A DNA stretch of 64,000 nt from Desulfobacterales bacterium (GCA_963668645.2 CAXXWC010000003.1:256001-320000), one strand, 5' to 3'. Shown: positions 1 to 15,000, counted from the stretch's first letter. The notes: generated by a model from the sequence alone, not told the origin. Made by a program: numbers and translations.

Positions 1-3000
1 CCGGCTTCCAGGGACCCGGCCAGGGTGAAGGCATTGGGTGCCACGATGAGAATCGAGCCCAGGGCGTCCACGTCGCCGGTGATCTGCAGGTCGCCGGCCG
101 GGGCGATGACGATCTCGTAGTTTTCCGCGACCATATCGCCTGCCGGGGCCGGTGCGCTGGCGCTGCCGTTCTTGAGCACGCCGTAAACTGCGATATCCTC
201 GGCCTCCAGCACGATCCGGCCGTCGGTTTCGATCCAGCCGGAGCGCTCGGTGATTTCGATGCCGCCCTGTGCCGAGGCGATCAGCACATCCCCGGTCATG
301 CGCGGATCATCGTCCTGCAGCGAGCCGATGGCCCCGTCCACGACGATATCGTTGTAACCGTCGATGCTCACGTCGCCTTCGGTCGGTGAAAGCGGATTGG
401 TGCGGATCCAGGCGGTAGGCGCGATAATAACGCTCTGCTCGGCCGGGGTACCGGCGGTGATAAAACCGGCTTCGATGTCCACATCGCGATCGGCCAGGAT
501 ATGCCCGTTGAGGGTGAGGGTGTCGGCAGCCGTGAGAATGACGTCGCCTTCAGGCCCGCCGGCGATCAGATCGCCCTTGAGGAACCCGTTTTCACCCAGA
601 TCCAGCACGATGGGACCGTCGATGGTTTCCAGCAGGGCTGACCAGTCGAGATCCAGGTCGGTGTCCGGCCCTTCCACCAGGCTGATCTGGTGGTCGGAAA
701 GTACCGATCCGGCGATGTAGATCCTTGCTGCCGGATTTTCGGCCGAGCCGAAGATCACTTCGGACCCGGCTCCGGAGGCGATGATGTTGTACGGCCGCGA
801 GGATGCGGCCTCGGTCCCGCCGGCCACCGTATCCAGTCCAAGCAGCTCGACGTTGACGCTCTCCAGAAGGCCGCCCGGGTTGGCCGGATCCGCGAAGCTG
901 CCGTAGAGGCGGATCTCGTACTGGCTGGCAAAGAGGATCTTGCCGTTCTTTAGCTTGATCTTGACGATGGGGTCGGCCACACCGCCCACGCTCACCGGAT
1001 CGTCGGCGAAGTTCTCGTCGTGGGGCTGGCCGTCAAGCAGTCCGTTGCCATAAAGGTCGCCGTCCAGGTTGACATAGGTGGCGGCGTTGACCGCGGTCTG
1101 CAGGTCGAGCACCAGATCCATGATCATGTTCTCGGTGTCGTTGCCCGCGGTGGTTGCGGCGGTCAGCGTCACCTGGCCCACGATCTTCTGATCTCCGAGA
1201 TTGATCCACAGTACGAAGGTCACATCCTCAGGCAGGACCCCGTCGTTGGAGGAGCGGTTTGCCTCGATGTCGCTTTCGTAGGAAAGCTCGCCGAACCCGA
1301 GCAGCGTCTCGTTTTCCGACTTGTACTCGAGATCGAAGGGATAGGCACTCTCCAGGACGATGAACCCGTCTTCTTCCACGGCCCAGACGTCGGCGGTGAC
1401 CGCACCCATGGCCAAGTTGAGGTCGTCGATGAGATCGGCCAGGCAGGTGTTGTCCGCGGCCAGGGCCGCCGGGACGTAGACCGTGTAATCGCTCACCGGG
1501 CTGATGGAGATGCCCACGTCCTCGGAGGTGTAGTCATAGACCCGCAGATCGAGTCGCACCTGATCGGTCAGCCCGTAAGACGCTGGCAGGCCGATGCGCT
1601 CCTCCAGGACCGAATCGTAGGGGAAAAGCTGATGCCCCGCCGCCGGCTGGACCGCCGTGACGTCGACGCCCGAGGCCACGGTGGCAAGCCCGAGCTGATC
1701 GGCGTCGCTCGAATTCAGCCCGCTGATGGTAAACGCGCTCGCCCCGGCCAGCACCAGCACTCCCGAACGCGAGCCGACGGTGATGTACTGGCTGGCATAG
1801 GACCCGGTGTCTTGGGCACCGTCGTACACCGAGGCGGCGGTCAGGGCGTTTTCAAGGTCGACGAGCAAGTCCTCCACGCCGGTGTTGGTGGCCGTGTCGC
1901 TCCAGGAGACGGTCACGGTGGTCTCCAGGGTGCCGCCGGCCCCGTCATCGATGGCGATGACCAGGGTGATGTCGGCCGCCAGGATTCCACTGGACACCAG
2001 GGCGTCTTCGGCCTGGACCTCGAAATCGGGTTCGGAAAGGGCCGAGGTGAAGGCGCCGGTGGTAAATCCCAACTGGTCGAGGTGGTCGGCCGGCTGGCTG
2101 TCCAGGGTAAAACTTTCGTCGCTGAAAAGGATCAGGACCCCGCGTTCGTCGCGGACCCCGATCACCGTGCTGAAATAAACCCCGGGATGGCCGGGGATTT
2201 CCACCGCCTCCAGAGCCGCGTTGATGTCGGCCACCAGATCGGCGATGCCCGTGTTGGCGGTGGTGCCCGAGTCCGTACCGTCGGTGGCCGAAGCGGGCAC
2301 GGTAATCTGGGCGCTGGCCCCCGAGTAGAGGCCGCTGCCAATGGTCACATCCAGCACGATATCATCGGCCAGCACGCCGTTGACCATGCTGTCGTTGGCC
2401 GTCACGCGGTAGGTTTCCGGATCGCGCTGGGCCAGGACCGCGCCATCATCAACTGCGCTAAAGCCGATCAGATAGCCGTTAAAGGCCGGCTCCTGGCGGG
2501 TGCCGGCAACCGCGTCCCCACCTTCCACCGTGTCCAGTCCCAGAGAGCCGGCGTTGACCGAAGTGGCCAGGATCGAAAAATCGTAGCGGCTGTAGAAAGC
2601 CAGGGTATCCCGGTCCAGGCGCACGTAGACCAGATCGTCGGGCAGGGCGTCGGCAAAGGCCTGGCATACATCTGCGTAGAGCTCGTCGATGGAGGTGTTG
2701 AGCGCGTCGGGCGCGATGTGCACCGCGGCCAGGGTGGGACCGCCCGGGGTTTGAACGCTGAGCTGGAGGGTCACCGCCCCGCCGGCAGTGCCGGTATCCG
2801 GCAGGACCCCGTCGGCAGGCAGGGCTTCCTCGGCCGTGATCAGGGCCTGCTCGCCGTCGATTTCAAAGACGTGGGCGCTGGCCAGCACGACCTGATTGGA
2901 CCCGTTCAGGGAAGCTTCGATGTCGCGGAAGCCGCCGCGGACCAGGGCGTCGTTGATGTCGTCGATCAGGTCGGCCAGGCTGGTGTTGTCCAGGGTGTCG

Positions 3001-6000
3001 TCGCGGTAGATCACCACCGTGCCTTCCACCGTGTCGCTACGCTCCCGGGAGCCGGCCGCGGGCAGATCCAGGTCCGGGCTGGAATGGGCCGGATCGTCGT
3101 TGGGATCGACGGTGGACATCACCACGTGAAAGGCGATGTTGTCCGGCAGGATCCCCGTAGCGGCCAGATCGTCCTCGGCCACCAGCTCGAACAGCGACGG
3201 ATCACGGCTCGAAACCTCGGGCGTCCCCGCAGCCGCGTCCAGCAGCCCGAGCAGATCCGCGTTTTGCGAATCCTCGCCGATGGTGATGTCCAGGGTCTCA
3301 CTGGCAAAAACCAGAGTGCCGGCATCTTCAAAAACGGTGATGTCCAGGCCGGCGGCTTCGAACAGGGCGTTCAGATCGGCGATCAGATCTTCGATGCCGA
3401 GGTTGTCCAGGGTCTCTTGACGCGACAAGCTGATGGATGTGTTGGTGGTCAGATCGTCGCTGTCGGTGGCCTCGACTTCCAGGACCAGATCCTCGGCCAG
3501 GACCCCGGTGGTGGGGATGGCGTTGGCCCCTGCGACCTCGAACTGGGCCGGGGCCCGGGTGGAAGAAACCGCCGCAGCACCCAGGTAGCCGAGGTTGACC
3601 GAGGTACCCAGCAGTTCAAAATCATAGAGGCTTTGGAAGATCAGCCGGGTGCCGTCCACGTCCACCCGGAGATCGGCAAAACCGGCGATCATCAAGGCGG
3701 CGTTGATGTCCGCGGCCAGGTCCAGCAGGTTGGCGTTGGCACCGTCCACCGGGATGAGGGCGGAACCGGCAACGATCTCCCCGGGCCGCTGGATCTCGAG
3801 ATCCAGGGTCACCGGACCGGGCAGCACGGGCACCGCCACCCCGGGCGCACCATTAATATAGGCGTTGAAAAGGACGTAGTCCGCCGTCAGGTCGATCCCT
3901 GCGGCCATCCCGAGCAGGGCGAGGTGGCGCGAAGCGCTCTTGACCTTGAAATCATGGGTCCCCACCAGCACCAGGGCACCTTCGCGCTCCTCGGCGGTAA
4001 TGTAATCGCCGAAATCAAGGCCGGCATAACGGGGGATGGCCGTGGCGGCCAAGGCCGTATTGAGATCCTCGATTAGGTCGCTCAAGCCGACATTGGCGGC
4101 GGTACTCGCCGCGCTGAGGGTCACCGCCCCGTAGAGGACATCGTCCAGGTCGGTCTCGTCGATGCGGATGACCAGGATCACATCGCGCACCATCTGCCCG
4201 GTGGTGGGCAGGGCACCGCTGGCGGTGAGTTCGGAAAGTTCCCGGTACTCCACCGTCTCCCGGTCGCCGCGGAACCCGAGCAGGTTGAGGTGCTCGGATG
4301 CGTCGAGGACGACAAATTCATACCCCAGACTGCTCAAAACGAGCTTGCCGTCCACCAGGGCCGCATCGATGGGTGCAAAGGCCGTGGCGTCCAGGGCCGC
4401 GTTGATGTCGGCGATCAGGTCCTCACGGCTGGTGTTGTCCGCCGTGGCGGCCGCGGTGACGGTCACCGTACCGCTGACCGTTCCGCCCATCAGATCGTCC
4501 ATTTCCATGGCCAGGGTCACGTCGCTGATCAGCTGCCCGGTCAGGGGCAGAACCAGATCCGCGGTGACTTCGGCTTCAGGGTAATAGACCACCGAGTGCA
4601 GCATCGGGGCCAGCCCCAGCAGGTCGATATTCTCGGACTGGTCGGCCAGGATGGAAAAATCATAGCCGTAGCCGGTGAGCATCAGGTAGCGGCCCTCCTG
4701 GCCCACCTCGATGTCCATGAAGTGGTCGCTGCCGTTGAAGATGGTCTTTATAAACAGAAGGAGGCCGGCGTCCCCGCTTTCGCCGAAGAAGATCGAGGGG
4801 ATGACCACGTCTTCCTCGACCTCGGTTTCTACCGATGCGACCGGTGCGAGCGCCGTATCCACATCAGTCATCCCCAGCACGTCGACGTTGCTGGAGGTCT
4901 CGTCGATTTCAAAGGCGTAAGCGCAGCCGATCATCAACCGGCCGCCATCGGTGGGGGCCACATAGAAATCGGCCAGGTCGGACGAAAGATTGAGCTGGGC
5001 GTTGATCGACTCGATCAGGTCCGTCACGCCTTCCTGGTCAAAGGGCAGGCCGGCGGTGACGGTAAAGGTGATCTGGCCCCACAAATCACCGTTGATGTCG
5101 TTGAAGACCAGGGTGACCGATTGATCCGATCCCGGCGGTGTGTAGGCATCCGGGGCGGTATAGGCGTCGATGCGCTTCCACATGTGCAGGGTCACCTGCG
5201 AAGGCAGGTAGCCCGAGAGCATGAACTGGCCCTCGGCCACGATGCGGCCCAGATCCCCCTTGACCCAGGTATCCGGTTCGATCTCCTCGAAGTGGGTGGC
5301 GGTCATCACTTTGATCTCGTCCGGCCCGTCGAGGATGATGCGGCTGTTCTCGCCCCAGGTTTCCAGCAGGGCCGATCCGTAAATCAGGACGCTGGCATCG
5401 GTGAAGTTGAAAACGTCGTCCGGATCGCCCTGGAAGGGATCGTCCCCGCCGGTGAGCTGGATCAGCCCCCCGGCCTTGATCAGGGTGCCGATGCGCACCT
5501 GGTGCTCGGCGCTGATGACGATTTCGGTCTGTTCCGCCTCGGTGCCGAAGTCGTGATAGACCGAGCCGATGTAGCCACCGGTTTCCGCGTCGCGGATGTT
5601 TTCCACCTCGCCGCCGGCGATCAGGTGGCCTTCGATTTCGGCGTCGTACCTGCTGTCGATGCGGATGGCGCTCTCGTCGTTGTGGGTCGTGATCTCGCTG
5701 GAGCCCTCGATGCGCACCCCGATCTCGGTGCCCACATACGGATGGGCGGTACTGGCCACGTTTTGCAGCCGGATCTCGTTCTTGGCCGCAATGTAGCCGC
5801 CCGTATCGAGCACATCGCCGTAAAGCGAGTTGATGGCCCGGGCCTCGTAGGTGGATGGATCACGGCCGGAGACCTGGGTGCTGGCGGCCACGCCGGTCAG
5901 ACCCAGAACGGCGACGTTGTCCGAGGCCGCATCGAGCCGGAAGTCGTAGGCGTTGGTAAAGACCAGATGCCCCGTGTCGTCGGACATGACCCAGAAATCG

Positions 6001-9000
6001 TTGAGGACCGTATCGTCCAGGGCGTCGTTGAGCAGGTCCACCAGGTCCTGGAGAGCCGTTGCGGCCGGGATATTCAACGAAACCTGGCCCCAGGCGTCGC
6101 CGTTGCTCTTTTTGACCACCAGGGTGACGCTTTCCGCTCCGACGGGCGGGCTGTAGGCGGTCGCGGCCGTGTATTCGGCGTCGGCCACCATCTCCGAGGC
6201 CTGGTTGTTGCCGCTGCCGAACCCGATCAGGTTCAGGTTCACCGAGGCCGAGGAGAGGGTGAAGGGATCGTCGCTGTAAAAGACGACCCGGTTTTCTTCG
6301 GCCATGACGTTGATCGTGCCGCCGAATTCGTGGTCCAGGGCGTTTTGGATATCCTCGATCAGATCGCTCAGGTAGTGGTTGTCCGCCGTGTCGGCGGCCG
6401 AGACCACCACCGTGGCGCCCAGGGACGTGCCCCCCGGCGAATCGGTGAAGCGCAGTTCGAGATCACCGGTGAGCACCACCTCAGTGTCCATGTTCAGGGT
6501 CCAGCCGCCGATGAAGACCTGGCCGGGCGACTCGATGGTCACATCCCCGCCCACGCTGGTATCCCAGTCGATCATCTCCTTGATCAGGTTGCCGGAGGCG
6601 TCCCAGAGCAGGGTCTTGTTGGCCCCTGAATAGATATGGCCCATCATCTCGATGCCCGACTCGCCGTAGATGTAGGCCAGGCCGGGGCTGCCGTCCGAGG
6701 TGCGCCCGGCCGAGGTCAGGCCGCCGGCCGTGTCGATGACCACGCTCAGGCGGCGCTGTTCCTGGACGGCGGCCGCATCTCCGGCAAGATCGGTGAAACC
6801 GAGCAGTTCGGGGTGGGTGGAGCTGTCCAGGACCGTGAAACCGGTGGAACTCTTGAGGCTGATCCGGCCGCTGGGCCGCACCACACTGATGCCCAGACCC
6901 GGGTCTACCGTCTCGGACAGATCTTCAACCGCCGCCAGGGCCAGGCCCTGGGTTTCGAATTCGGCGTTGAGCAGCCCGATGATCTCGTAGAGGGTCAGGC
7001 TGTTGTCGACGCTGATGGTCACCGAGCCCGAATTGCCCATGGCATCGGTAAATTCCAGGATCACGGCCTGGCTCACACCCTCGCCCAGACCGGTGTTGGC
7101 GGGCTCACCAGGAGCGGTGTAGGCGTAAGACCCGTCGGTCTGGGTGCCGATGGTCATGTCGTCGCTGCCCGCAGCCCCGCCGATGAGCATCACCGTATCG
7201 CTGGCCAGGACCCCGGAGTCGAGATAGAGCTGCTGGCCGGCCGTGATCACGGCCCGGGAATCGGTCCCGGACCAGATCACGCCGGTGGGTCCGATGGCCC
7301 CGCCGGCTACGATGGACCCGAAGATATCCACGTCATAGGCCCCGGTGATGTGGATGTCGCTGCCGTTCTGGAAGGAGGTGATCACCGCCGTGGCTTCCAC
7401 CAGCACGCTGCTGCGCAGCGGATCGCCGTTCTGGTCGAGCAGGTCGAGGTCGATGTTCTCGCCCCCGGCGATGACATCGATCCCGTCTTCGACCTCCACG
7501 AAGGAGGTGGCGAATTTGACCCGCTGATCGTAGGACTCGATGTAGAGGCCCGAATTTTCCCCGCGTACGAAAATACTGCCTTCGATGAGGATGTCCTGGG
7601 GGCCTTCCAGGCGCAGGAGGCTGTTGTCGGCCAGAGAGGTGAGCTGGCCGGTCAGATGGATGCTGGCGCTCACCGCATCGCGGTCGTTGTAGTCCTGATC
7701 GATGAGGCCGACCAGATCCATGACGTCGGTGGAGGTAATGGCCCCGTAGATCCGCAGCTCGTGCGGGGTGTGGACGATGACGTCGGCCCCGTCGGCCACC
7801 TTGGTCTTGACCCCGCCGATCCATTCGGCCCCGGCCAGGATCTCGCCGTTGATGTAGACGGCTTCGGGGGCCTCGATGTGGATCAGGCTGTCCTGGCCCG
7901 GGGCGTACATCCCGCCGGCGATCTGGACCAGCTCGAAGAAACTGCCGGGGAAGATCTCGATGCGGGCCCCGTCGCCGTTGACGTAGGTGCGCCCTTCGAG
8001 AACCACCGACTCTGCGGTCTCGATGTGGATCACCCCGCCGGGCTTGTTGGTCCTGAGGATTCCGGCCACGCCCTGGATGAAGTTGTTCCGAAGCTTGCTC
8101 TGGTCGACGGCATCTTCCATCATCGGCGAGACGTACACCTCCCCGTCGCCCGGAACGTCGATCCAGATATCCCCGTAGTTGGTCACGATCCAGCCGTCGC
8201 AGATGATCCGGTCCTGGACCCCGATCAGGTCGAGATAATCGCCGGTGATCCCCGAATCCGTGCCGCCCAGCGGGTTGTTGATGTTCTTGGATTTGACGTG
8301 GAGCCGTTCGGTGTTCATCTCCACGTGGACCAGGGGCCAGCTCTGGGCCTCGACCTCGCCTTCGATGTAGATCCGCTCGGCGTTGAAGACCACATCATCG
8401 CGGAAGGACGAATCGCGCTCGCGCGCCGAACCGTCCTTCTTGATCGTCTCCTGGTCGTAGGCGTCGCCGAAGACGATGCGCTCCAGGTCGTATCCCGAAC
8501 CGAAGGTGATCAGGGTGAAGCCGTCGGCCAGGGCGGACAGATCGGTGGTGGAAAAGTGGGCCGTATCGATGAAGAGGGTCCCGTCGTCGGCGTAGGTCTC
8601 CTCGCCTTCTTCGCCCACGAAGGTGCCGCCCACATGGTCCGGATAGTTGAGGAAGGCGGGATATTCGTCTCGGATGTAAGTCCAGTCGTTGCCCAGCGGG
8701 TGCTCGGCCGAGGTGCCGATGAGCATCCGGGTGGCGTGGGAGGTAAGGATCGTCAGCTGGCCGGTTCCGATCACCCCGCCCACTTCACGCTCCGGATCGG
8801 CATCCCTTCCAGGAGCGGATGTCCAGAACTGGAAGTCGTCGGCCGTCAGGGTGATATCCCGTCCCGCCGTGCGGGTGATGATGCTGCCCGAATCCAGGGT
8901 GAGCCGGGCGATCTCGGATTCCTGGGTGGCGACCATCCCCTCGCAGGTCACGCTGATGATGCCGTAGGCGCTGGAAAGGCCCACCGGATCGGCGCCGGGC

Positions 9001-12000
9001 GGATCGAGCAGGTCGGTCAGACCGTAAACCACCAGGCTGTCGGTCTCCTCGATCACGATTTCGGTGCCCTCGGCCGGGTTGCCCTCGTTACGGGTGAGCA
9101 CGGTGATCCCGCCCACCGTGGTTTCGATCCGGTTGGACGAGGCGTAGTGATCGTTGAAGATGTTGTCGCCGGCCAGGACCAGGTGGGCGCCGGCCCCTTC
9201 GAAGCGCATCCCGTTGTCCAGGTGGATATCACCCTGGGCCACGAAACGCATGGTCCCACCGCCCAGCCGGTCGTCGTTATCCGCGGACCCGGAGGTGACA
9301 TCCGCATTCAGGGTGATGGACCGCTGGTCGGCCGGCGTGGCCGTGTTGACCAGCACGATGATGTTGCCGTCGTTGATGGCATTGATCCGGGCATTGACCG
9401 TAAGCGAGCTGACCCGGATGTTCCAGTCCATGTCGTGGGCGTCGATGTCGTGTTCGATAGTGCCCAGGCTGTCGGCGCTCTCGCGCACCAGGGGCGAGGC
9501 CGAGGATAGAACCGCGCCGATGCTGTCCGCCTCGATGTAAAATTTCCCGGTGGCGTGCACCGAGGTGTCCAGGACACAGTCTTCCACCACCGCGATGACG
9601 ATGTCGTGGGCCGCCAGGTGCATGCTGCCGCCATCCGTTGCCGGCCGGATGCTCAGGTTCTTGGCCGTTATGTGGATGCTCGCTTCGCCCAGGTCGGCCG
9701 TGCCGGTGGTGGAGCTGATGGTCAGGTTCATCGGGTAGAAGACCGCCTCGGCGTCGTCTTCCATCAGCGAATACTCGCCGGCCAGGGTGAACTGCTCCAC
9801 GCCGTCGGTGAACTGGAACACATCCCGGCTGTTGACGATGGTGCCACTGCTGTAACGGCCGCTGCGGATCTGGTGGTCGTTGATGACGATGATGTCGTCC
9901 TGGCTGGCATCCAGGCCGTCCACGGCGGAATTCATCTCGATGCCGGCGCTGTTGGCCAGGATCACCTGGTCCAGATCCTCGTCCGCATCGACAAAGGAGA
10001 TGATCCCGTCCGCCTTGTTGGAGGTATTGCGGCCAAAGGTGAAGGTGGTGGTGCTCGGACCGCCCGAATCGACGATCTCCAGGGTCCCTTCGGGCGGATC
10101 GGAGATCAGCAGGGTGTCGCTGCCGGTGCCCAGGATCAGTTGGGTAACCTTGGCCTGCCCCAGGCGCAGTTCTTCATTGGGGGTCAGGATGGTGATGGCA
10201 CTGCTGGAGATGGTCACCGTCAGCGGATCGGTGATCGAACTCAGGTCGATGATCGTATCGCCCTGGGTGTCGCGGAAGCTGTCGCTGCCGAATCCGTTCT
10301 CGAAATAGTAGGTATCGTTACCGCCCATGCCGGACAGGGAATCGAGGCCGGGACCGCCGGTGAACAGGTCGGCCCCGTCGCCGCCGGTCATGCGGTCGTC
10401 ACCGTCCCCGCCGATCAAGGTGTTGACGGCCCCGCTGGTGCCGCCGGTGATCCGGTCGTCGCCCGCACCGCCGTCGATATAGACGGCGCCGGTGGCGTTG
10501 GCCGCGTTGAGGGTGTCGTTGTCGTCACCGCCGATCAGGGTGGCGGCCGCGCCGCTGCCGGCGGTCAGGGTGTCCTTGCCCTCGCCGCCGTCGAACTCCA
10601 CCGCCACTCCGCTCAGGCCTGAGGCGTCCAGCTTGTCGTCGCCCTTGCCGCCGTCGGCGACGACCTTGGTAAAGGACCCGGTGTAGACCTGGGACCAATC
10701 GTCGAAGGCCACCGTGATGGAACCGGAATTGCCGCTGATGGTGAAGTTTTCGCCGCCGTCCTCGTAGTTGAGGTACTCGCGGTCACCGGCGAGCTTGCCG
10801 GAATGGATCACCAGGGTGTCGCCTTCGGCATGGGCCAGCACCGGCTCCACCGTGGGGGCCCGATACTCCCATTCGGCCAGGGTGATGTCGAAGATGGTCC
10901 AGTCCACCACCCGCTTCATGATCTTGCCGATAAAGGGGATGGAGATGCCCACATCCACGAAGACGTAAGCCTCGAAATAGACCCGGCCGTCCAGGTTGAT
11001 CAGGTTGAGCAGGCCGCCCGGGGCGTCGTTGCCCGTGTAACGCCACATCTCGGCGAACTCGGTGGGATGGATGCGCCCGTCGTCGGGTGGAATATCGGCC
11101 AGATCGAGGCCCATCTCGAAGCCCACCACCCCGCCCAGGCCGGCTTCCACCAGCAGCAGCCAAAGGGTCGCCTCCAGGCCGATCTCCAGGCCCACGGTGA
11201 ACTCGGGCTTCTCCTTGCCGCTGGTGATGCCCCAGTCGGCCACGTAGAACCCGTCGAAGACGTACCAGTAGTTGCCCGTGTCGATGGCCTTGCGGATCCC
11301 GTAGGTGTCGTAGCCGAAGCCCAGATCGGCGGTGAATTCGAAGTTGCCCACCGCCGAAACCTTGATCACCGCCGGCCCGGCTGTGATGGTGGCGATGTCC
11401 TGCTTGAAGTTGAGGGTGTACTCGAACAGCGGCAACTCGTAGGTAAACAGGATGGCGTCACCGCCGGTGATCAGCTTCATCCAGTTGCTGATGTCCAGCA
11501 GGTAGTCGAGGATCTCGAACCCGCTGCGCTCGGTGGAAGACCCGCCGCTGGAGAAGCTGTTGCCCGAAGAGGCGGTCATCCCCATGCTGCCCGTGTTCAG
11601 CTCGTCCATAAAGTCGCTGAGCCATCCTGGCAGATCGGCGCTGTCCTGGCGGGCGCTGACATTATCCGTGCCCAGGCCCATGATGTCGCCCAGGAAGATC
11701 TCGCCTTCCCGGCCGATCATGGCGTCCACCTGGTCGACCACGTCGATCATGGTGCGCACGGCGTTGAAGAACTCCACCGGGATCTCGCTGTAGCCCAGGG
11801 TGCGCAGGATCAGGTTGACCAGCCCGAGCAGGGTGGGCGGATCGCAGATCACGTCCAGCCCGGAGACCTCGGTGGTAAAGACCTCCACGATGGGCCGGAA
11901 CGGATCCAGGACATCGCTGATGTTGTCCGTGATCGGCTTGAGCACGTCGGTGACAAAGGTGCCGATGTCGATGCGCAGGTTGTAGAGGCCGAACTCCGGC

Positions 12001-15000
12001 TCGCCAGATCCGCCGTCCAGGCTCCAGGACCAGGTGGCGATGAAATCGGCTTCGAGCCGCGGCAGCCCCACATCGCCGATATCCAGGACGATGGTGGTGT
12101 TGAGGGTCGCCTCGACCCCGAAATCGATGTCGAAAAGGTCGTCGACGGCCGCGGTGATCAGGTGGTTGAGGGTCACCCGGCCGGTCTCCGCATCGCCGAG
12201 AATATCCAGATCGAGGAAACCGAAGACCCCCGAGGGCTGGAACCCGGGCTCTCCCTCGTCGCGGTCGACGTCCTCCACGCTGATGACGAAAAAGAGCAGC
12301 TTGCCTTCGGCGTAGAAAGGGGTCACCGTGGCGTTGTTGAGCGGCTCGCCGTCGAGAAAGGCGCCGATTTCCACCTCGAGTTCTGGATCGGCCGGAGCGC
12401 TCAGATCGTTGGTGCCCAGGTAGAAGCCGTCCTCGACGCTCAGGCCGAAGGCCAGATCGAAGCTCCAGGTCAGCTCCACGGCAAAGCCGCCGTCCACGTT
12501 GAGGGCGAAGGCGGGCACGTCGATGTCCAGCGGAATGTCGATCCCGGTGCCGAAGGCCACCCCGCCCAGGGGGACCTCGAACTGGATGGCATCGGCGTCC
12601 TCGGCCAACTGCCACTGGCCGGCTCCGGTATTGGGAGTGCCCGAGTCAGCCACGTAGTTGCCGTCGGCATCATAGATGTACCCGGCCATGGGCACCCGTT
12701 CGCCTTCAATCCAGTCCTTGATGCGGTTGCCGTCCGCATCGTACCAGCCCACGCCGATGTCGGCCGCTTCGATACGGCCGTTGTCGTCGCGATCGGTAAG
12801 GATGTTCAGCTCGTCCGGGCCGAACACATCCCACATGGAATCGCGGATGAACTCGATGGCCTTGCCCGGACCGTTGAGCTTCTCGCGCAGGTCGGCCAGA
12901 AACCCGGTGCGGATATCGGTGAGAAAGGTGGCGGCCTTGTAAAGCTTGTCCCCGATCAGGGGGATGTCCTGGGCGAAGCTGGAGCCCAGGGCATCGCCCA
13001 CGGTGCCCAGGGCCCAGTCGATCCCGTCCAGGATATAGGTCGGATCGTTGAGGATGTTCAGCAGGCCGAAGTCCGGGGCAGTAAAGGTCGGCAGATCCAC
13101 GATGACCGCATCGGCCTCGCCGCTGCCGGCCCCGCCGAAGAGCCGGTCCAGGGCTTCGAGCAGGACCGTGTCCCCGTAATCCTGGTTGTTGGTGTAGATA
13201 TGGACCGGTTCCAGGCCCCAGAATCCGGGGATCTCGATGGGCAAATAGATGTCGAAGCCGCCGGCCAGCTCGTAGAACCAGTTTTCGGAGAGGGTCTCGT
13301 CGACAAAGTAGAAGCGCCCGTCGTCGTCTCCCGGATTCTGGCCTTCGATCCCCAGGGTGAAAGTGGCGTAATCGACGTCGCTGACCGTCGCCCCTTCGGT
13401 CCAGTAATCGATCGAGCTGCCGCCGCTGTAAGTCAGGCTGCCCAATTGGGCCGAGCCGCCCACCACCCCGATGCCGAAGGGGTTGAACATCAGCTCCAGA
13501 TCGGTGCCGTTGATGTACAGGCCGATCTGGATACGGGTTCCGTCGCCGGTCCCCTCGTCGTAGTCGTAGAGGAAAAAGTCGAGATCGCCGCTGAGGATGT
13601 CGGTAAAATCGATGCCGAAATCGAGGACCATCTCCACCCGGGCATCCCATTGCAGATGGGCACCGGCCGAGACCAGCTCATTGACCCAGTCCCAGCTCGA
13701 CCCGAAATCGCCGCCGGTAAACAGGCTCAGCACGTCGCCCAGGTTCAACGCGAAGCTCAGATCGGTGTAGTCGTCACCGATGATGTCCGAAAGGACCTTG
13801 TCCCATTCCAGGTGGATCTTCAGGGTGGTGCGGCCCCCGGCATCGTCCAGCTCCAGTCCGAAGGTGCTCGTGTCGCTGATGCCCAGGGCATCCTCGATGA
13901 GGGCTTCGACTTCCTGGATCACCGCGGCTGGATCCTCGGCGGCCAGTTCGATCTTGTCGAGCAGGTCTCCGATAAAGTCGAAGGCGTCGCTGACCCTCTG
14001 GTTGATGATGGGGATGTTGGCCTCGTAAAAGGAGGTGCTTTCCAGGGCGCTTTGGATGAACTCCACCCCTTCACGGATGGCCTGGATGATGGAGGCGAAA
14101 TCCAGCTCGCGGAAATTGAAAAGGTCGTCGAAATCCGGGTGGACGATCAGGACATGGTCCTGGGCCAGGTGCTGTTCGCGCTGGGCCTGGGTCAGTTCGC
14201 TCTGGGCGAAGACCTCCACCACGTCCCAGTTGAGCAGATCCGGGATGGTGATGGAAAGCTCCATGCTGTCGAATCCGGTGGTATCCAGCCCCGGGATGGC
14301 CGGATCGATTTCGATGCCCACCAGTCCGGCATAGGCGTAGCCGGTAAAATCGAAGAGGAAATGGTCGATGAGCCCGCCACTGACCAGGTCGGTGAAGCTG
14401 AACCGGCGGTCGTTGTCGGTGGACAGATCTCCGTCCTCGTCCAGGGTGATGACCGCCTCGGCCAGCAGGTTGAGGCTCGATTGCGCGTTGCCGCCCACGT
14501 TGAGCTCGACGAAGCCCAGGCGTGCGGCCAGTTCGAGGTTGTCCAGGGTCAGCTCTGCCCGTCCGGCCACCCGGGCGTTGTCGATCAGGAAGGTGATCCC
14601 CTCGGTGCCGGTGGGGCCGTCGAAATCGATCATCCACTCGAAGCCGGCCTCGACGGTCACCAGGACCGTGGCCAGGCTGCTCAACTCCATGGCGAAAACA
14701 TCGCCCAGATCGAAGCCCAGATCGATGGGCCGATCCACGATGTTAAGCAGGTCGTAGCTGAAATCGACGATCCGGTTCAACCCGTCCAGGCCGAACATGC
14801 CCAATCCGGCCAGGTCGTAAAGGTCGAAGCCTTCGAAGTTAAGATCGCTGCCCAGCACATCGCGCAATCCACCGAGGATGTCGGCCCCGCCTAGCAGCCC
14901 CTGGGCCACCAGGTCCATCACTGCCACGTCCACCAGGTCCGAAGCGAGCAGGTCTTGCAGGGAGATGTCGCTCACCCCGAGGGAATCCAGGGCTCCGGCG

